A stretch of 62,777 bases of DNA, counting the filler. It is 14 parts of 14 records of this genome, joined end to end, with 100 filler letters (N's around TTAATTAATTAA, not from the genome) between each part and the next. Parts side by side here need not be neighbours in the genome. Positions count along the whole stretch, not along the records: positions 12,025 to 16,427 come from SRR15195285_8723; positions 16,528 to 20,049 come from SRR15195285_8727; positions 20,150 to 24,982 come from SRR15195285_8746; 11 more parts are not named here. One strand, 5' to 3'. Position 1 is the first letter of the stretch, and each line of letters begins with the position of its first letter. The notes beneath the pieces are model-generated. The model was not told where the DNA came from and ran no database searches. It saw nothing but the letters and a program-made list of their open reading frames with translations. Positions 12,337-23,030 of the stretch are shown here, piece after piece. The translations under genes and the position numbers were made by a program.

Positions 12337-14062
12337 ATGCACGGGGCCCCGCACTGGGCTGGGCTGCTCCACTGCAGCTGCAGTGCTAGCGCGCGCAGAA
12401 GCGGGCGAAGGCTCCAGCAGGTGCGAGCCGCGCTGTGCCCTCCAGTCGAGTCGGCTACGCTCTCGCAGGACGACACGGTGGCGACTGCCGGCGCGATGTC
12501 ACCTCGGCATGATCAAGGCGGAGGCGTCGGGCTACCTCTCGCGAGGCTGGACGCGTCCGGCGCGTTGTTGGAGGAGAGCATCGTCGAGCTACAGGCGGCC
12601 ATGGCGTCGGCTGCAGTTCGTCAGGACTTTCGTGTTGCAGCGCAGCTCAAGACCATGCTGGACGTGCTTGGTCCACCTGACAGCTCGTTGGACCTCGAGT
12701 GCTTTACGTCGGGGGACCCTGACGAGGCGGCAGATCTGCTGCTGGAGCACGGCTTCGTGGTGCTTCCAAATCAAATCTCGCCTCAGGACTTGAACCGTAT
12801 GCGTTCTGCGTATGAGGTAGTGGAGGCCAGCACACGACATGCCTTCGACTTGCTATGGGCCGAAGGTGCTGAGCCACGCCGTGACCTCGGCAAGAGCTAC
12901 AAATTCCCCCTCCAGCTAGACACCTCAACGGCGTATCATCCACTGATCAGTCCGCCCTTATTGATAGAAGTCCTACACCGCGTGCTTGGGCAGCCGCCCG
13001 TAGTTTCTGAACTAAACGAAGGGTTAGGAGGCTTTGTGATACCTACTTCAGATGGGACTCCATTCGATGAAGCCGGCTACATTTCGTGGCACCGAGACCG
13101 GTTGACTCACTACGCAGGCTGGCCGTTTCCTGAGGCGCGCTCTATCAAGGCTTCCTGCTATCTGTACGACGTTGGACCCGATTCGGCACCGTTGACGCTG
13201 GTTCCTGGTTCACATCGGCTCCCGAATCCACCACAGCGAACGCTCGATGGGTTGCCATTCCAAGGTGGACGAGGGCATTACTATAAGCCGTTTGATCCAA
13301 GTCCGCCCCGACCTGAGCATCTGCCACGAGGTGTCGATGAGAATGGCCTGCCGCGATGGATCGCAGACCCGGCCAACGACCTGCCCCAACTGGCAATGGT
13401 GAGACTGCATACTGTAGTGATCATCTATGCGTTCCGTTCTCGCATGAGTTTTAAAAATGTCGTTCCCTCACTTCTCATTGCGGCGCAGCCAAACTGTGTG
13501 CAGTGCACGGTACAAGCCGGCTCAATGGTTCTGTGGGATAATGCCACGTGGCATACAGGTCTGACAATCATTCACCCTGACTATTCGGTCTTCGAATGTG
13601 CGTTTGCGAATGAAAATAGCTCAACGTGTCGTCGCTCCCTGTTTCACGCATGCAGCAACGGCCAATACCAGTGGACATGATCGCGTTGGACACATCGCTG
13701 GCTATGGCGCGATAACGGCTCGTTTAGGCAAGAGACCGCCCACTTGTAATTCGGACGACTAGAGTATTCTAAACTCACTTGTGTGCTATCTGGATCTTGT
13801 TGTCCTGTACACAGGCCCGTTGTGGATCCCGAGGGGCGTTCTAGTCCAGCACGAAACCGAGTCGCACGACGACGATAACAGCTTGTTGCATGTGGCGCGC
13901 AGAAAATCTGTGTTCGGCATCCCGCTCAGTGCTGAGGAGCAGACTGAATTGAGCAGTTCGCCTGAGTACAAGGCGGCAGAACGGTGGATTGCTGCTCGCA
14001 CAGGCGGCTACGGACAAATTCTACCGCCACCACCGCAGGACAACGCCGCCAACACAAGGTAG
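12337..14062 (+). CDS. Phytanoyl-CoA dioxygenase (PhyH) family 2OG/Fe(II) oxygenase with N-terminal UVR-like motif; multi-exon
   Basis: HGFVVLPN, SWHRD, YLYDV...LTLVPGSHR, AGSMVLWDNATWH, then ANTSGHDR after splicing. Introns near 13399-13488, 13559-13655 and about 13720-13815. Arg-rich N-terminus resembles a mitochondrial presequence. Confidence 0.8.
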
Positions 14063-14195
14063 TGCACACAGCAGCTCGCCAGACACGCGTTGGGGCTCCC
14101 ATCCGAGCATTCTATTCGGCCACAAGACGCTTTTCTACGAGATCACGTGTTTCCTGCCTCCCTACTATCGTCTCACCACCGGTCCACCACCACGC

Positions 14196-16225
14196 CTAAA
14201 AGTTCAGAGTGAAATTGAATGGTTCTGCTGGCAGGCCCAGTGTGTTGAAAATCGCAGCGACTGGAAAGTCAAAGGGTAGGTGTGCCAAGGCAACGACGTG
14301 TGGCACTGTGCAGTTCACCTTTGGCACGCAGTGCGGCTCAGCGGATGGCCAAGCGTAGCCGATATTGCAGTACACGTCGCAAGATGCTGCCGTGAGGTTG
14401 GTCGGCATAATTGAACAAGGCACTGCGAGAGAGTTGTTCAGCGTCGCCACAAACACAACCGCGCCAAAGCCTCCTGGCGCGACCATGAGCGCCTCCAGGA
14501 GCGCGCTGCCACTTGATCGCGAGGCCTTGTCTTCAGTGTGGCCGCCTTCACCACCCTCAAGTTCTGTGGACTTCCAATGCACTCGCAAAATTTGGACCGC
14601 TTTCGAGTGGTACGAGCCCCCTGGAGCATCGGTAGGCAGTGGCTCAACCCTATCAAGTTGTGGCCCACGAGACAGCAGCTGCCCTTCTCCGTACGCAATC
14701 CGTCTCGCCTCTAAAGCAAGCCGTGCGCCTACGGGCTGCTTGTGTCGGGGGTGAATGCTGCCCGGCCAATATGGGCCACCAGGATCACCGAGATCGACTG
14801 TGCATGCCATACCGACATTCGGTAGTGATAGTGCTTCGAGTTGTGCAAGCCGCTGCTGTGGAACAGCACCTCCGAATGTCGGCGCGCCACTAGCTCCCGC
14901 AGAAGCGCCACCGCCCTCGATCATACACGGTGATCCACCAAATGAGGGCTTGTCACCGTGCCAGCCCGCAAGTTGCGCAAAGAGAAACGGTGAGGTCTGG
15001 TTGGTGTGGCCATCGGTTGAAAAGCGGCGACGCCAGTCGCTGATCATCGCCTTAAACCTGCAGCCGTAGTTTAGGTTGCCCACATTGGCTTCGCCCTGCC
15101 AGGGAGCAGGAGAATTGGACAGCACTTTGATGAGCAGAAGGGCAGGATCGGAATGGAGTTCCACAAACAGGTAACACTTACTTGGTACCAGATAAATCCA
15201 GCAACAGTCATGCGAGTGAGGGGCGCTACCATGGCCTCCCAAAGAGCCGACCAATTTGGCTGTGGCAAGCTGCCCTCATGCTGTGAGCACTGCGCAAGGG
15301 CCGCCGAAGAGCTCCAGAGTTCGATGTTGGTACCAGGCACAGAGGTAGCCACGCACCCCACTGGCACGTCAAGGTGGGCCTGCAGATCGCGGCAGAAGAA
15401 GAACGCAACGGCGGAGAAAAAGTCGAAGTCACCACCACCACAGGCGCTGTCGGAACTAGAGACTGACCACTGCTGGCGGATGCCAGACTGATTGAAGTCC
15501 ACAGGTTCGCCTGTGTGTGTCTTCTGCCAGTCGAAATTGACAGCCACAGTGAACAGCCGCAGCGATGGGTAGTTTCTCGCTGCGTCGCACTCGGCAGTGT
15601 GGTTGAACGCCTGGGCGACGGAAAAGGCCATGTTGGACTGTCCAGATGCAACCCACACCTCGCCAAACAGACAGTCGGTGAGTTCCTCGTGGTCGGTGCC
15701 TACCGTTGCACCGATCTCAGCAGGAGCGTGCGATGCTGGCTGCGTGGGCAAGCAGGCCTGCCACGTGCCGTTTGTGGCGACAGTCGTACTGGTTGCGGCT
15801 GTCCCATTAATTTTCAGCACCACACTGGCGCCAGGTAGACCGAAGCCCCAGAGACAGGGCCTGGTGTGCTGCAGGACCATGTGCGACCCAAACGACTGTG
15901 CGAAGAGCTTGGGGCGCTGTTTGATGTAGGTCCACCAGGCCGTGTCCGTGTTGCCCGCAGTGCCCGACTTGAAATACGTCTTGAGTGGCGTGTCACTGGT
16001 GGCGCCACAGGTGGAGACTCCACCAGCACACTCAAAGGTGAACCCAGCGCAGGTGGGCAGCGCACTGCAGTGCACCATGGCGGCACTGGTCGTGAGGTTC
16101 TGCGGTTGGCCGAGGTCGCCTCCACTCATCAAAGCGCCAGCATGGTGCGAGTATGCTACACCGGTGGCGGATGACGTGGTGGCGGCTCGTGCCACAACGG
16201 TCACACACAGGAATGCAGATAGCAT
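14196..16225 (-). CDS. Secreted sialate O-acetylesterase (SASA/SGNH) with N-terminal PAN-like module
   Basis: Signal peptide, FGSHMVLQ, GEVWVASGQSNM, FSAVAFFF, IWYQ|GEAN (intron 15096-15181 GTAAGT...CAG), DLGD...IHPRHKQPVGARLA. Confidence 0.92.
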
Positions 16226-16736
16226 GCGCGGTTACCAACCCGCCGGTGCGCACGAACGGCGACCCGAAGCGCAGGCACGCACCCGGCGGCGCACGCACGC
16301 AGCGCGCGCGAGCTGCGCATCGCGCTACAGCTCCGGCGCGCGCGTGGGAGATCCGGGAACTTCTGCCAGTCGGTATCCCGGATATGATACTGACCAGTAC
16401 TTGGTCTTGAATCCAGGAATCGAATCCNNNNNNNNNNNNNNNNNNNNNNNNNNNNNNNNNNNNNNNNNNNNTTAATTAATTAANNNNNNNNNNNNNNNNN
16501 NNNNNNNNNNNNNNNNNNNNNNNNNNNATACCGATGGCCCGTCCAGAAGCAAACCACACCGCCGCATGGCATTTGCTATCTTGCTAGTTGCTTGGGTCTT
16601 GGCGTTAATTCCTCGAGTTCCCAATATTTTATATTAACCGGAACAGGCCGAGGCGGGTCGTTCGTTGCACAGGCTGAGCTGCAGCTGGAAGTGGCAAAAC
16701 GACGCTGTGCGAGGGTGGATCGCTCAACAACGAACG

Positions 16737-18122
16737 ATGCTTGACATCGTCATCATATGGACAGCAGTAGCAGCAGCAGCAGCACTGGCGACTGAGAACA
16801 TCAACAGCCGGTTGAACCTGCTCCCCGCGGCCCCCCTGGCACGGCAGCTCTACAAAAACGATACCCTGACGACCTGGGGCGGATCGGTCCTGCGAGGTGA
16901 TGACGGGGACTATCACCTGTACGCTGCAGCGTTTGGCTTGGGGTGTGGACTAGGGACCTGGCATTCGAACTCTTTCGTGATGCACGGGGTCTCGTCGACG
17001 CCTGCAGGTCCGTACCAGTGGAGCGATGTTGCTCTGCCGATGGAACACCACAACCCACACGCCCTCAGAGCGCCAGATGGAACCTATCTCATCTACACCC
17101 ACGGCCAGAGCAACTGCGACGGCGACATGCCCAATTCCACCTGGGCCATCCCAGACTGCGGTGGTGAGCTTCCTGGCGGCGGTCGTACACGGGTCCGTAA
17201 CCAAACAACCGGCTACTGTGGTAAGAACTGCGTGATTCCAGGCTGTCGTGGGGGGCTCGCAGGCGACGGGCCAGTCGGTAGTTTTCGGGGTGGACCGTCG
17301 TCTTACAACCGAATCGAGCTGCACCAGTCCAAGACACCGTATGGACCGTGGTCGAGGGTGACGCCGTCGCCAGATCTGTGGGACGGAGCTATCACACGGA
17401 CGAGAGACGGCCAGACTACTGGAGGGGCCAGCCCTGCGGCCCTCTTCCATCCGAATGGGAATGGGTCAGTAATTTTGATGCTGACACCAGCGATTGACCG
17501 GCCGATCGGCCATCCACTCTGGGACAAAGCCCCGATAGAGGTGTGGTTCGCAGATCATTGGCAAGGGCCGTACTACCAAGCTGGAAACATGAGTTTCGCC
17601 CCTTGCAATCAGTGCTCAAAGAAGAATTGCCGGACGTGCGCAGAGTGTGACAGCGGCGAGTGTGGATCTGGCCTCGAGGATCCGACATTTTTCTTCGACA
17701 AGACCGTCCAGAGATATAGGGCACTATTCCACCAAGGTGGCGGTGGACTAGATGGTGGCTATGCGCAGAGCCGAAGCTCGGATTTCTTTGGGGATTGGGA
17801 CTACAGCCGACAGCGTGGTGCGTACGGGACCCAGATTGTACTCGCTAGCAACGCGAACCTTCCTCGTACTCTGGACGTCTCCAGGCGTGAGCGGCCGAAA
17901 GTGTACATTGAGAATGGCACGCTGCAACTCCTGATTAATGGTGTCTGCTTGAATGGCTCATGGGGTTCGTGCTTCACGTTTGCCCAGCCAATCAACCAGA
18001 GTGTTCCATGGCTACCAGCTGCGCCCGCATCGACCGCGCACTCACACGCACTTGTGATGACCGAGAAACGCGACAGCTCATCAGAAGTAGCGGCTCAAAG
18101 ATTGGAGGACCATATGCAATGA
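16737..18122 (+). CDS. Secreted five-bladed beta-propeller glycoside hydrolase (GH43-like)
   Basis: Signal-like N-terminus. TWGGSV...YHLYAA...W.SNS.V.H.VS..PAGPY...HNP...PDGTYLIY, EDPTFF, RRERPKV motifs. AATAAA at 18131-18136. Confidence 0.75.
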   Translation: MLDIVIIWTAVAAAAALATENINSRLNLLPAAPLARQLYKNDTLTTWGGSVLRGDDGDYHLYAAAFGLGCGLGTWHSNSFVMHGVSSTPAGPYQWSDVALPMEHHNPHALRAPDGTYLIYTHGQSNCDGDMPNSTWAIPDCGGELPGGGRTRVRNQTTGYCGKNCVIPGCRGGLAGDGPVGSFRGGPSSYNRIELHQSKTPYGPWSRVTPSPDLWDGAITRTRDGQTTGGASPAALFHPNGNGSVILMLTPAIDRPIGHPLWDKAPIEVWFADHWQGPYYQAGNMSFAPCNQCSKKNCRTCAECDSGECGSGLEDPTFFFDKTVQRYRALFHQGGGGLDGGYAQSRSSDFFGDWDYSRQRGAYGTQIVLASNANLPRTLDVSRRERPKVYIENGTLQLLINGVCLNGSWGSCFTFAQPINQSVPWLPAAPASTAHSHALVMTEKRDSSSEVAAQRLEDHMQ

Positions 18123-18180
18123 GCATGTACAATAAAGCATGCACGCATACCGAGACAGTCGCGTTTATTCCGCAGTTGCA

Positions 18181-18306
18181 CACACTTGGTACCCATCAAG
18201 ACCCACCGCCGAGATACCTGAACGAAGCGCCTCGCACACCTTGCGGCGCGAGTGCACCAACGCCAGGCACCTGACTGCGTCAGGTCCGTCATATGCCATC
18301 AGTGTG
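18181..18306 (-). promoter_or_regulatory. SECIS element in the 3' UTR of the DsbA-like gene
   Basis: Minus strand: helix I cacact/agtgtg; core ATGAC (18292-18288) and TGAT (18198-18195); helix II ggacctgacgc/gcggtgggtct (10 of 11 pair); long apical stem with a GCAA tetraloop. AATAAA follows at 18169-18164. Confidence 0.78.
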
Positions 18307-18343
18307 AGAGTCGCCAATGCGTGTGGGTGTGGGAGCTGTAGCA

Positions 18344-19291
18344 TTATGCCGAACATTCCCCGCTTGCCCCGTTTTCGACCCGCTTGCGTTCCGCGTCATT
18401 GAATGGATTGTCAAACTTGGCCGCACGCTGGTCGATCACTCGCGCCCCGGCCTCCACATCCCGGCGAATCACCTCGAACAACTCCAGGAAGTAGTCTGAA
18501 TCCATGGAACCACGCACGACAAACGGCTGTTGCTGAGCAGCAGCCGATGAAGAGTTGCGGAACGGCCCACCAACCGCACCGAGTGCCGGCACGTTGAAGC
18601 AGAACAGTGGAATGCTGTGGATGCCCTTCTGTTTGATCGTCGCGCCGTACCAGTGCCACACGTGGTCCTCCAATTCGTCGCTGTCCAGGAAAGCCGTTGC
18701 CACGTTAGTGTCAAGACCAACTTCTGCAGCTGCGGCCATCAGCGTCGCCCGGTCGCTTGCAGACTGCGCCTGCTCAAAGTGTCGCTTGTTCATCGCCGAA
18801 ATGAACTCCTCTTGCAACCCAAACCTCCCCGCCCACAGCAGCAGTCGTTGGCTCTCGACAGGCTGCCACTGCGCCAGCACGTTGTAATCAAACGCAATCC
18901 CTGCTGCCCTGCCCTGCGCTGCCATAGACCGCTCGGCACCGTCACGCTTGGCTGGGTCGTTACCCATGTAGCCGAGGAGCGCGTCGTGCCACGTCTCCTT
19001 CAGCTCAGCCCCACCGGTACTGCCGGCGAGAGAGCTACGGCCCGACCGATCGTCTCCGATGAAGCTGTACGGCCACCGGGTCACATTTATCTGCAGCACT
19101 GCGTCGGGATGCGCCGTGTGGAAGCGCTCCATCGCGTGCAGGATGTGCGTCTTCCCTATGTACCCGTGGGGTCATTGTGTGCATGTCACAAAGTCTGCCT
19201 CGATGCGGATCGGCTGGACGCCCGGCATCCGCATCCGCTCGCGCACGCCGTCCGCTGCGAGAAGGTTGTCGACGGCATCTGTGGCACTCAT
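18344..19291 (-). CDS. DsbA/FrnE-family thioredoxin-fold oxidoreductase, selenoprotein (UGA=Sec at 19172-19174)
   Basis: ORFs 19172-19495 and 18344-19132 are in the same frame, separated only by TGA in DFVTC-T-Q-[TGA]-PHGYIGK, the position of the first Cys of the CPWCYIG motif. FrnE motifs GRAAGIAFDY, SQRLLLWA, GIHSIPLF. SECIS in the 3' UTR. Confidence 0.88.
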
Positions 19292-19499
19292 CACGCCGAC
19301 GACTCCGAGTTCGTGTCCGTAGACAGCTGCCTCTGCACTCGTTGCTCCTGTGGCTCGTGCCGTGAGGTGTGGACTAGAAATTGCGGCCAAGAGACAACAT
19401 CCTCGCAGCATGCACCCAACGCGAGGAGGGACGAATGCAGCCCCGAGCCCCGGCGTACCGCCCCCGGAGCCGCATATTGCGGGATATACATACACAATA

Positions 19500-20049
19500 T
19501 TCGATATAAAATAAAACTGCAGAATCTTTAATTCCTTGCTTCATTCCCTCCAACGTAATGTCTTTTTGCTGCACGTCAAGCCACGTCTGAACTCCCAAGC
19601 GTTTAAACGCTAGATGAAGAGTACTGGCCGTACCACTTGCATCCGCCTGGGAGTGGCTTAAGAAGGCGTGATACTCCATGGGACGGCAGCAAAACGCATC
19701 CAATTGTCGTGGACACTCTGGAGCTCCAACTGACAGTGCCACAGGATTGAGGAAGGGGTGCTCAAGAATCTCTGTCAGTGTAGGTCGGTCTTTCGGCTGA
19801 CCTTTCAGACACCACCGAATCAGGTCTTTTGCAGCTTCCTTCCATTCTGATTCTTCGACATTCGGAAATACTGGATCGAGCATGGTATCGCTAATTGTGT
19901 GCCAGACGCAAAGCGTTGACTTGTCCTCTAACGATACCAGAGTATCGTTTGCCGAGTTTTTCGTGAATAGGGGGACTTCGCGCAACAAGATGTGTCAAGC
20001 GACACATGAAGTCAACCAAGAAGACGGGGTGCTGCCCTGGGACAGCACA
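19500..20049 (-). CDS. Partial protein kinase C-lobe followed by a TIR domain (5' end cut by contig end, TIR apparently truncated)
   Basis: AAKDLIRWCLKGQPKDRPTLTEILEHPFL (kinase subdomain XI), then YHAFLSHSQADA...LGVQTWLDV...GMKQGIKDSAV (TIR_2 N-half). Confidence 0.7.
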
Positions 20050-20688
20050 NNNNNNNNNNNNNNNNNNNNNNNNNNNNNNNNNNNNNNNNNNNNTTAATTA
20101 ATTAANNNNNNNNNNNNNNNNNNNNNNNNNNNNNNNNNNNNNNNNNNNNATCCTTATCCACTGAGGCGGAAATCAGGAACTGAAAACCAAGATGGCTACT
20201 TTCTAAAAATCCGGCCTCCACTGTACTCTACGATCGTCGCCACCACCGGAGATGCATTGCCGGAACACTAGGGCCTAGTCTTGCAGAACTTTACTCGGCA
20301 ATCCCGAGTGTTGTGCATCGGCGCCTCAGTTGAAGCTCGCCCGAGCGAAAGCTGATGCGCGCCGCGCGATAGCAAACGCGGGCTAGTGATGAAGCAAGCA
20401 GACGAAGTATCGGAGGTTCTGCTCTCGGAAGTTGGGGTCCCACTAGAGCACAAGACGGTGCTGCATCAGAGTCTGACCTAGTGCGCCAGTGGCTGTAGCG
20501 TGTTGGCTTCAGTAGACACGATACGTTCGCAGTGGAACGCACAGAATCTTTTCTTGCACACATTGTACATCCAATACACTAGCAAGGACAATAATCTATC
20601 GCTATAGTACTTGTGGTGCTCGCACGTCGTAAACGCCGTGGAGCAGAGCGTAAAGTTGTGGCCTACCAGAACTTAGCTTGTAACTTCC

Positions 20689-22542
20689 TCACGGGATTGA
20701 GGGGCGAGCTCGACAGTCGGCTGTGGGTGGGGAGCATGCGATCTTGTCCTGCCAGTCGCACGCCGCCTTCCGGAGCCCGGTCTGCGCACGTACCCCACCC
20801 TCAGACACCGTCTCCAACCGCATGATCGTGTCACCCTCTGGTGTCCACTGCGGCCACACGGGCGGAACACCAATGCCGACTTCGCGGTGCACCGCTGCCG
20901 TCGTCGTCTCGTTGATCGTCTCGGCTGGCTTAGGATTGGGATCGCCCGTGGCCGCAAAGGTGTACCAATAGCGCGACACCGTATCTGCCAGCGCCGCCTC
21001 CTCGGAAGTGAAGGGTGATGCCGAAGGCGAACCGCGTGGCTTATTGAAGACAAAGCCTAGCTCGGCGGTGTGGCTGGCGAACACAGGAGTACCGAATTTC
21101 CCAAACTCTGGTTGCCCATGTGGAGGGTGGGCAAAGAGGTAGGAGTACACCGCCGGAGTTCCTCCCGCGACAAGCATTCTGTCCATCCAGCGCACTGCAC
21201 AGGCTCCGAGCCCTGGAATGGTATCGGTGGCGCTGCGGATGGTCTTCCAGTAGTCGAGCGAGAAGTTGGCATTGGGCTCCGTGGCCAGTAGTGGATAGCT
21301 ATAGTTTGCCGGGTCGTAGACTTGCAAGAACTCTTGGTAGAGCGTTTGGTTTTTGCCGTAGAGCCATGGAGGATTGGACTGGACGGTGAACTGCATCATC
21401 ATATCGTTGAGCTGTGCCGGCATCATTGGCATCGTCATGAACGCAAACTCGTCGCGATTCGAGCCGATCAGCACACGCGCTGCGCTGTGGTACTGCTTGG
21501 CGGCGATGAGAGCAGCAGGCGATGCGGTCAGCGACACGCCATCGACAGTGGGGCCGGAGCAGCACCCCCCTGGCTCACCTGGGTGACCGGCTATGCTGGG
21601 GGGCACCTGGGTGTTGGCTGCCAGAAGCTCTGACGCGTTCTTAGCACGCAGGCAGTCGAGGCCCGAGCAGCCCACCGCCTTGAGCAAGGCCTGGTAGCCA
21701 GCCTCCGCATTCTCGCTCGTGCGGGCTCCCTCGTCGTTGAGGCCGCTTTCGATGATGGCCTTTTGATACAGGGGGAAGGATGCAGGCTGCGCCAGATGGT
21801 TGAAGACTGAGTTACCCCCTGCAGATTCGCCAAAAATTGTGATGTCATCACCATTGCCACCGAATGCTGCAATGTTGTCCTTACACCACTTAATGGCAGC
21901 ACGCTGATCTTGTATGCCAAAGTTGCCGCTGCCACCGCCACCTGTGCTTGCGGCCACCTCGTGCCCACCAAGGAAACCAAAAACTGACAGCCTGTAACTC
22001 ACGGACACAACGATAACGCTGCCCCTGCTGGCGGTTGCCAGCGACTCGATCGGGTATTCGCTGGGGTCGCCCTCCTGGTATCCACCCCCGTGGATCCACA
22101 CCATGACGGAAATTTTGCTGTCCATATTGCCCAGCGTGGCAGTGGGGGCGGCAACGTTGAGGAAAAGACAATCCTCGCTCTGGACCTCGCCCCAACCAAC
22201 GTTCAGCGAAGAGCCCAGCTGCCAACCACCATGTGCTGCCTCCCCCAGACGTCCTTGCAAACAGCACGCGCCATATACGGTCGCGTTTAGGGTCTTCGAG
22301 CCCCAGCCTTTGTGCGGCTGCGGTGGCTTCCAGCGTAGCTCTCCAGTCGGGGGCTGTGCGAACGGAACGCCGTAGAAACTGCTGAGCCCTGAACCTTCGT
22401 CGACGCCCTGCATCCGGCCGAGGCCGGGCACGTCTACGACCGGATATTCCGTCGCAGTCGTGAGGGTCTCGGGCGCTCTCAGCACTACGTGCAACTGCAA
22501 GGCAACAACAGACATGCGCCACGTTCCGAGGTACGCCATCAT
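20689..22542 (-). CDS. Type-B carboxylesterase/cholinesterase-like alpha/beta hydrolase
   Basis: FYGVPFAQPPTGELRWKPP, SEDCLFLNV, WIHGGGY, FGESAG (catalytic Ser), GSNRDEF (Glu), ASHTAEL (His). Likely start MMAYLG at 22542; the upstream in-frame extension is GC-rich promoter. Confidence 0.93.
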   Translation of the reverse strand: MMAYLGTWRMSVVALQLHVVLRAPETLTTATEYPVVDVPGLGRMQGVDEGSGLSSFYGVPFAQPPTGELRWKPPQPHKGWGSKTLNATVYGACCLQGRLGEAAHGGWQLGSSLNVGWGEVQSEDCLFLNVAAPTATLGNMDSKISVMVWIHGGGYQEGDPSEYPIESLATASRGSVIVVSVSYRLSVFGFLGGHEVAASTGGGGSGNFGIQDQRAAIKWCKDNIAAFGGNGDDITIFGESAGGNSVFNHLAQPASFPLYQKAIIESGLNDEGARTSENAEAGYQALLKAVGCSGLDCLRAKNASELLAANTQVPPSIAGHPGEPGGCCSGPTVDGVSLTASPAALIAAKQYHSAARVLIGSNRDEFAFMTMPMMPAQLNDMMMQFTVQSNPPWLYGKNQTLYQEFLQVYDPANYSYPLLATEPNANFSLDYWKTIRSATDTIPGLGACAVRWMDRMLVAGGTPAVYSYLFAHPPHGQPEFGKFGTPVFASHTAELGFVFNKPRGSPSASPFTSEEAALADTVSRYWYTFAATGDPNPKPAETINETTTAAVHREVGIGVPPVWPQWTPEGDTIMRLETVSEGGVRAQTGLRKAACDWQDKIACSPPTADCRARPSIP

Positions 22543-23030
22543 CGTCACTCGTTCACAAGTTCTCCCTCCTGCTCCTCCCCCACCTTCCCTCTTCACGCCA
22601 GATCTCGCCGGTACATCCAAACATGACCGGTCATGAATGCATCCGCACGCACGCGCACGCGCGGCGCCGCCGCCGCCGGCCGCCCCCGGCCGGAGAGATA
22701 CCGAGAATTCATACATGTGCAGGCAGGCCCGGCGCCGGCCGTGCCGCGTGCGCGTGCTGTGGTGGAATTTCCGATCGCGCGACCGACGACGCCCCCGGGC
22801 CCGCCGCAAGCCGGAAGGGGCACGGCACCCTCCTGGCGATGCAGCTTCCCGTTGATCTTCCGCGCCACCGACGCCACCGTCGAGCCGCTGCGCGGTGCGT
22901 GCACCGGGGCGCGTGAGCGCACCGACGCAGCTGCAGCGAGGGCGTGAGGTTCCCGGGCCACGCACCGCTTCGCTGCCATCGGGTACTGGCTGGGGGGCTG
23001 GCGCTGCGTGGTGGCGGTACGACAATCGAT

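Noticed and set aside
13720-13815. Possible GC-AG intron in the PhyH gene (AG|GCAAGA)
   Set aside because: A same-phase GT donor (C|GTTTAG) lies 6 nt upstream. Cannot be decided without transcripts.
19172-19174. TGA as a pseudogene stop or as a sign of an alternative genetic code
   Set aside because: It falls on the catalytic Cys column with a SECIS downstream, and other genes here use TGA as a normal stop (e.g. 18122, 29926, 59632).
22543-23025. 160-aa N-terminal extension of the carboxylesterase ORF
   Set aside because: It lies in the GC-rich divergent promoter with low-complexity Arg/Gly/Ala translation. Homology starts after MMAYLG.
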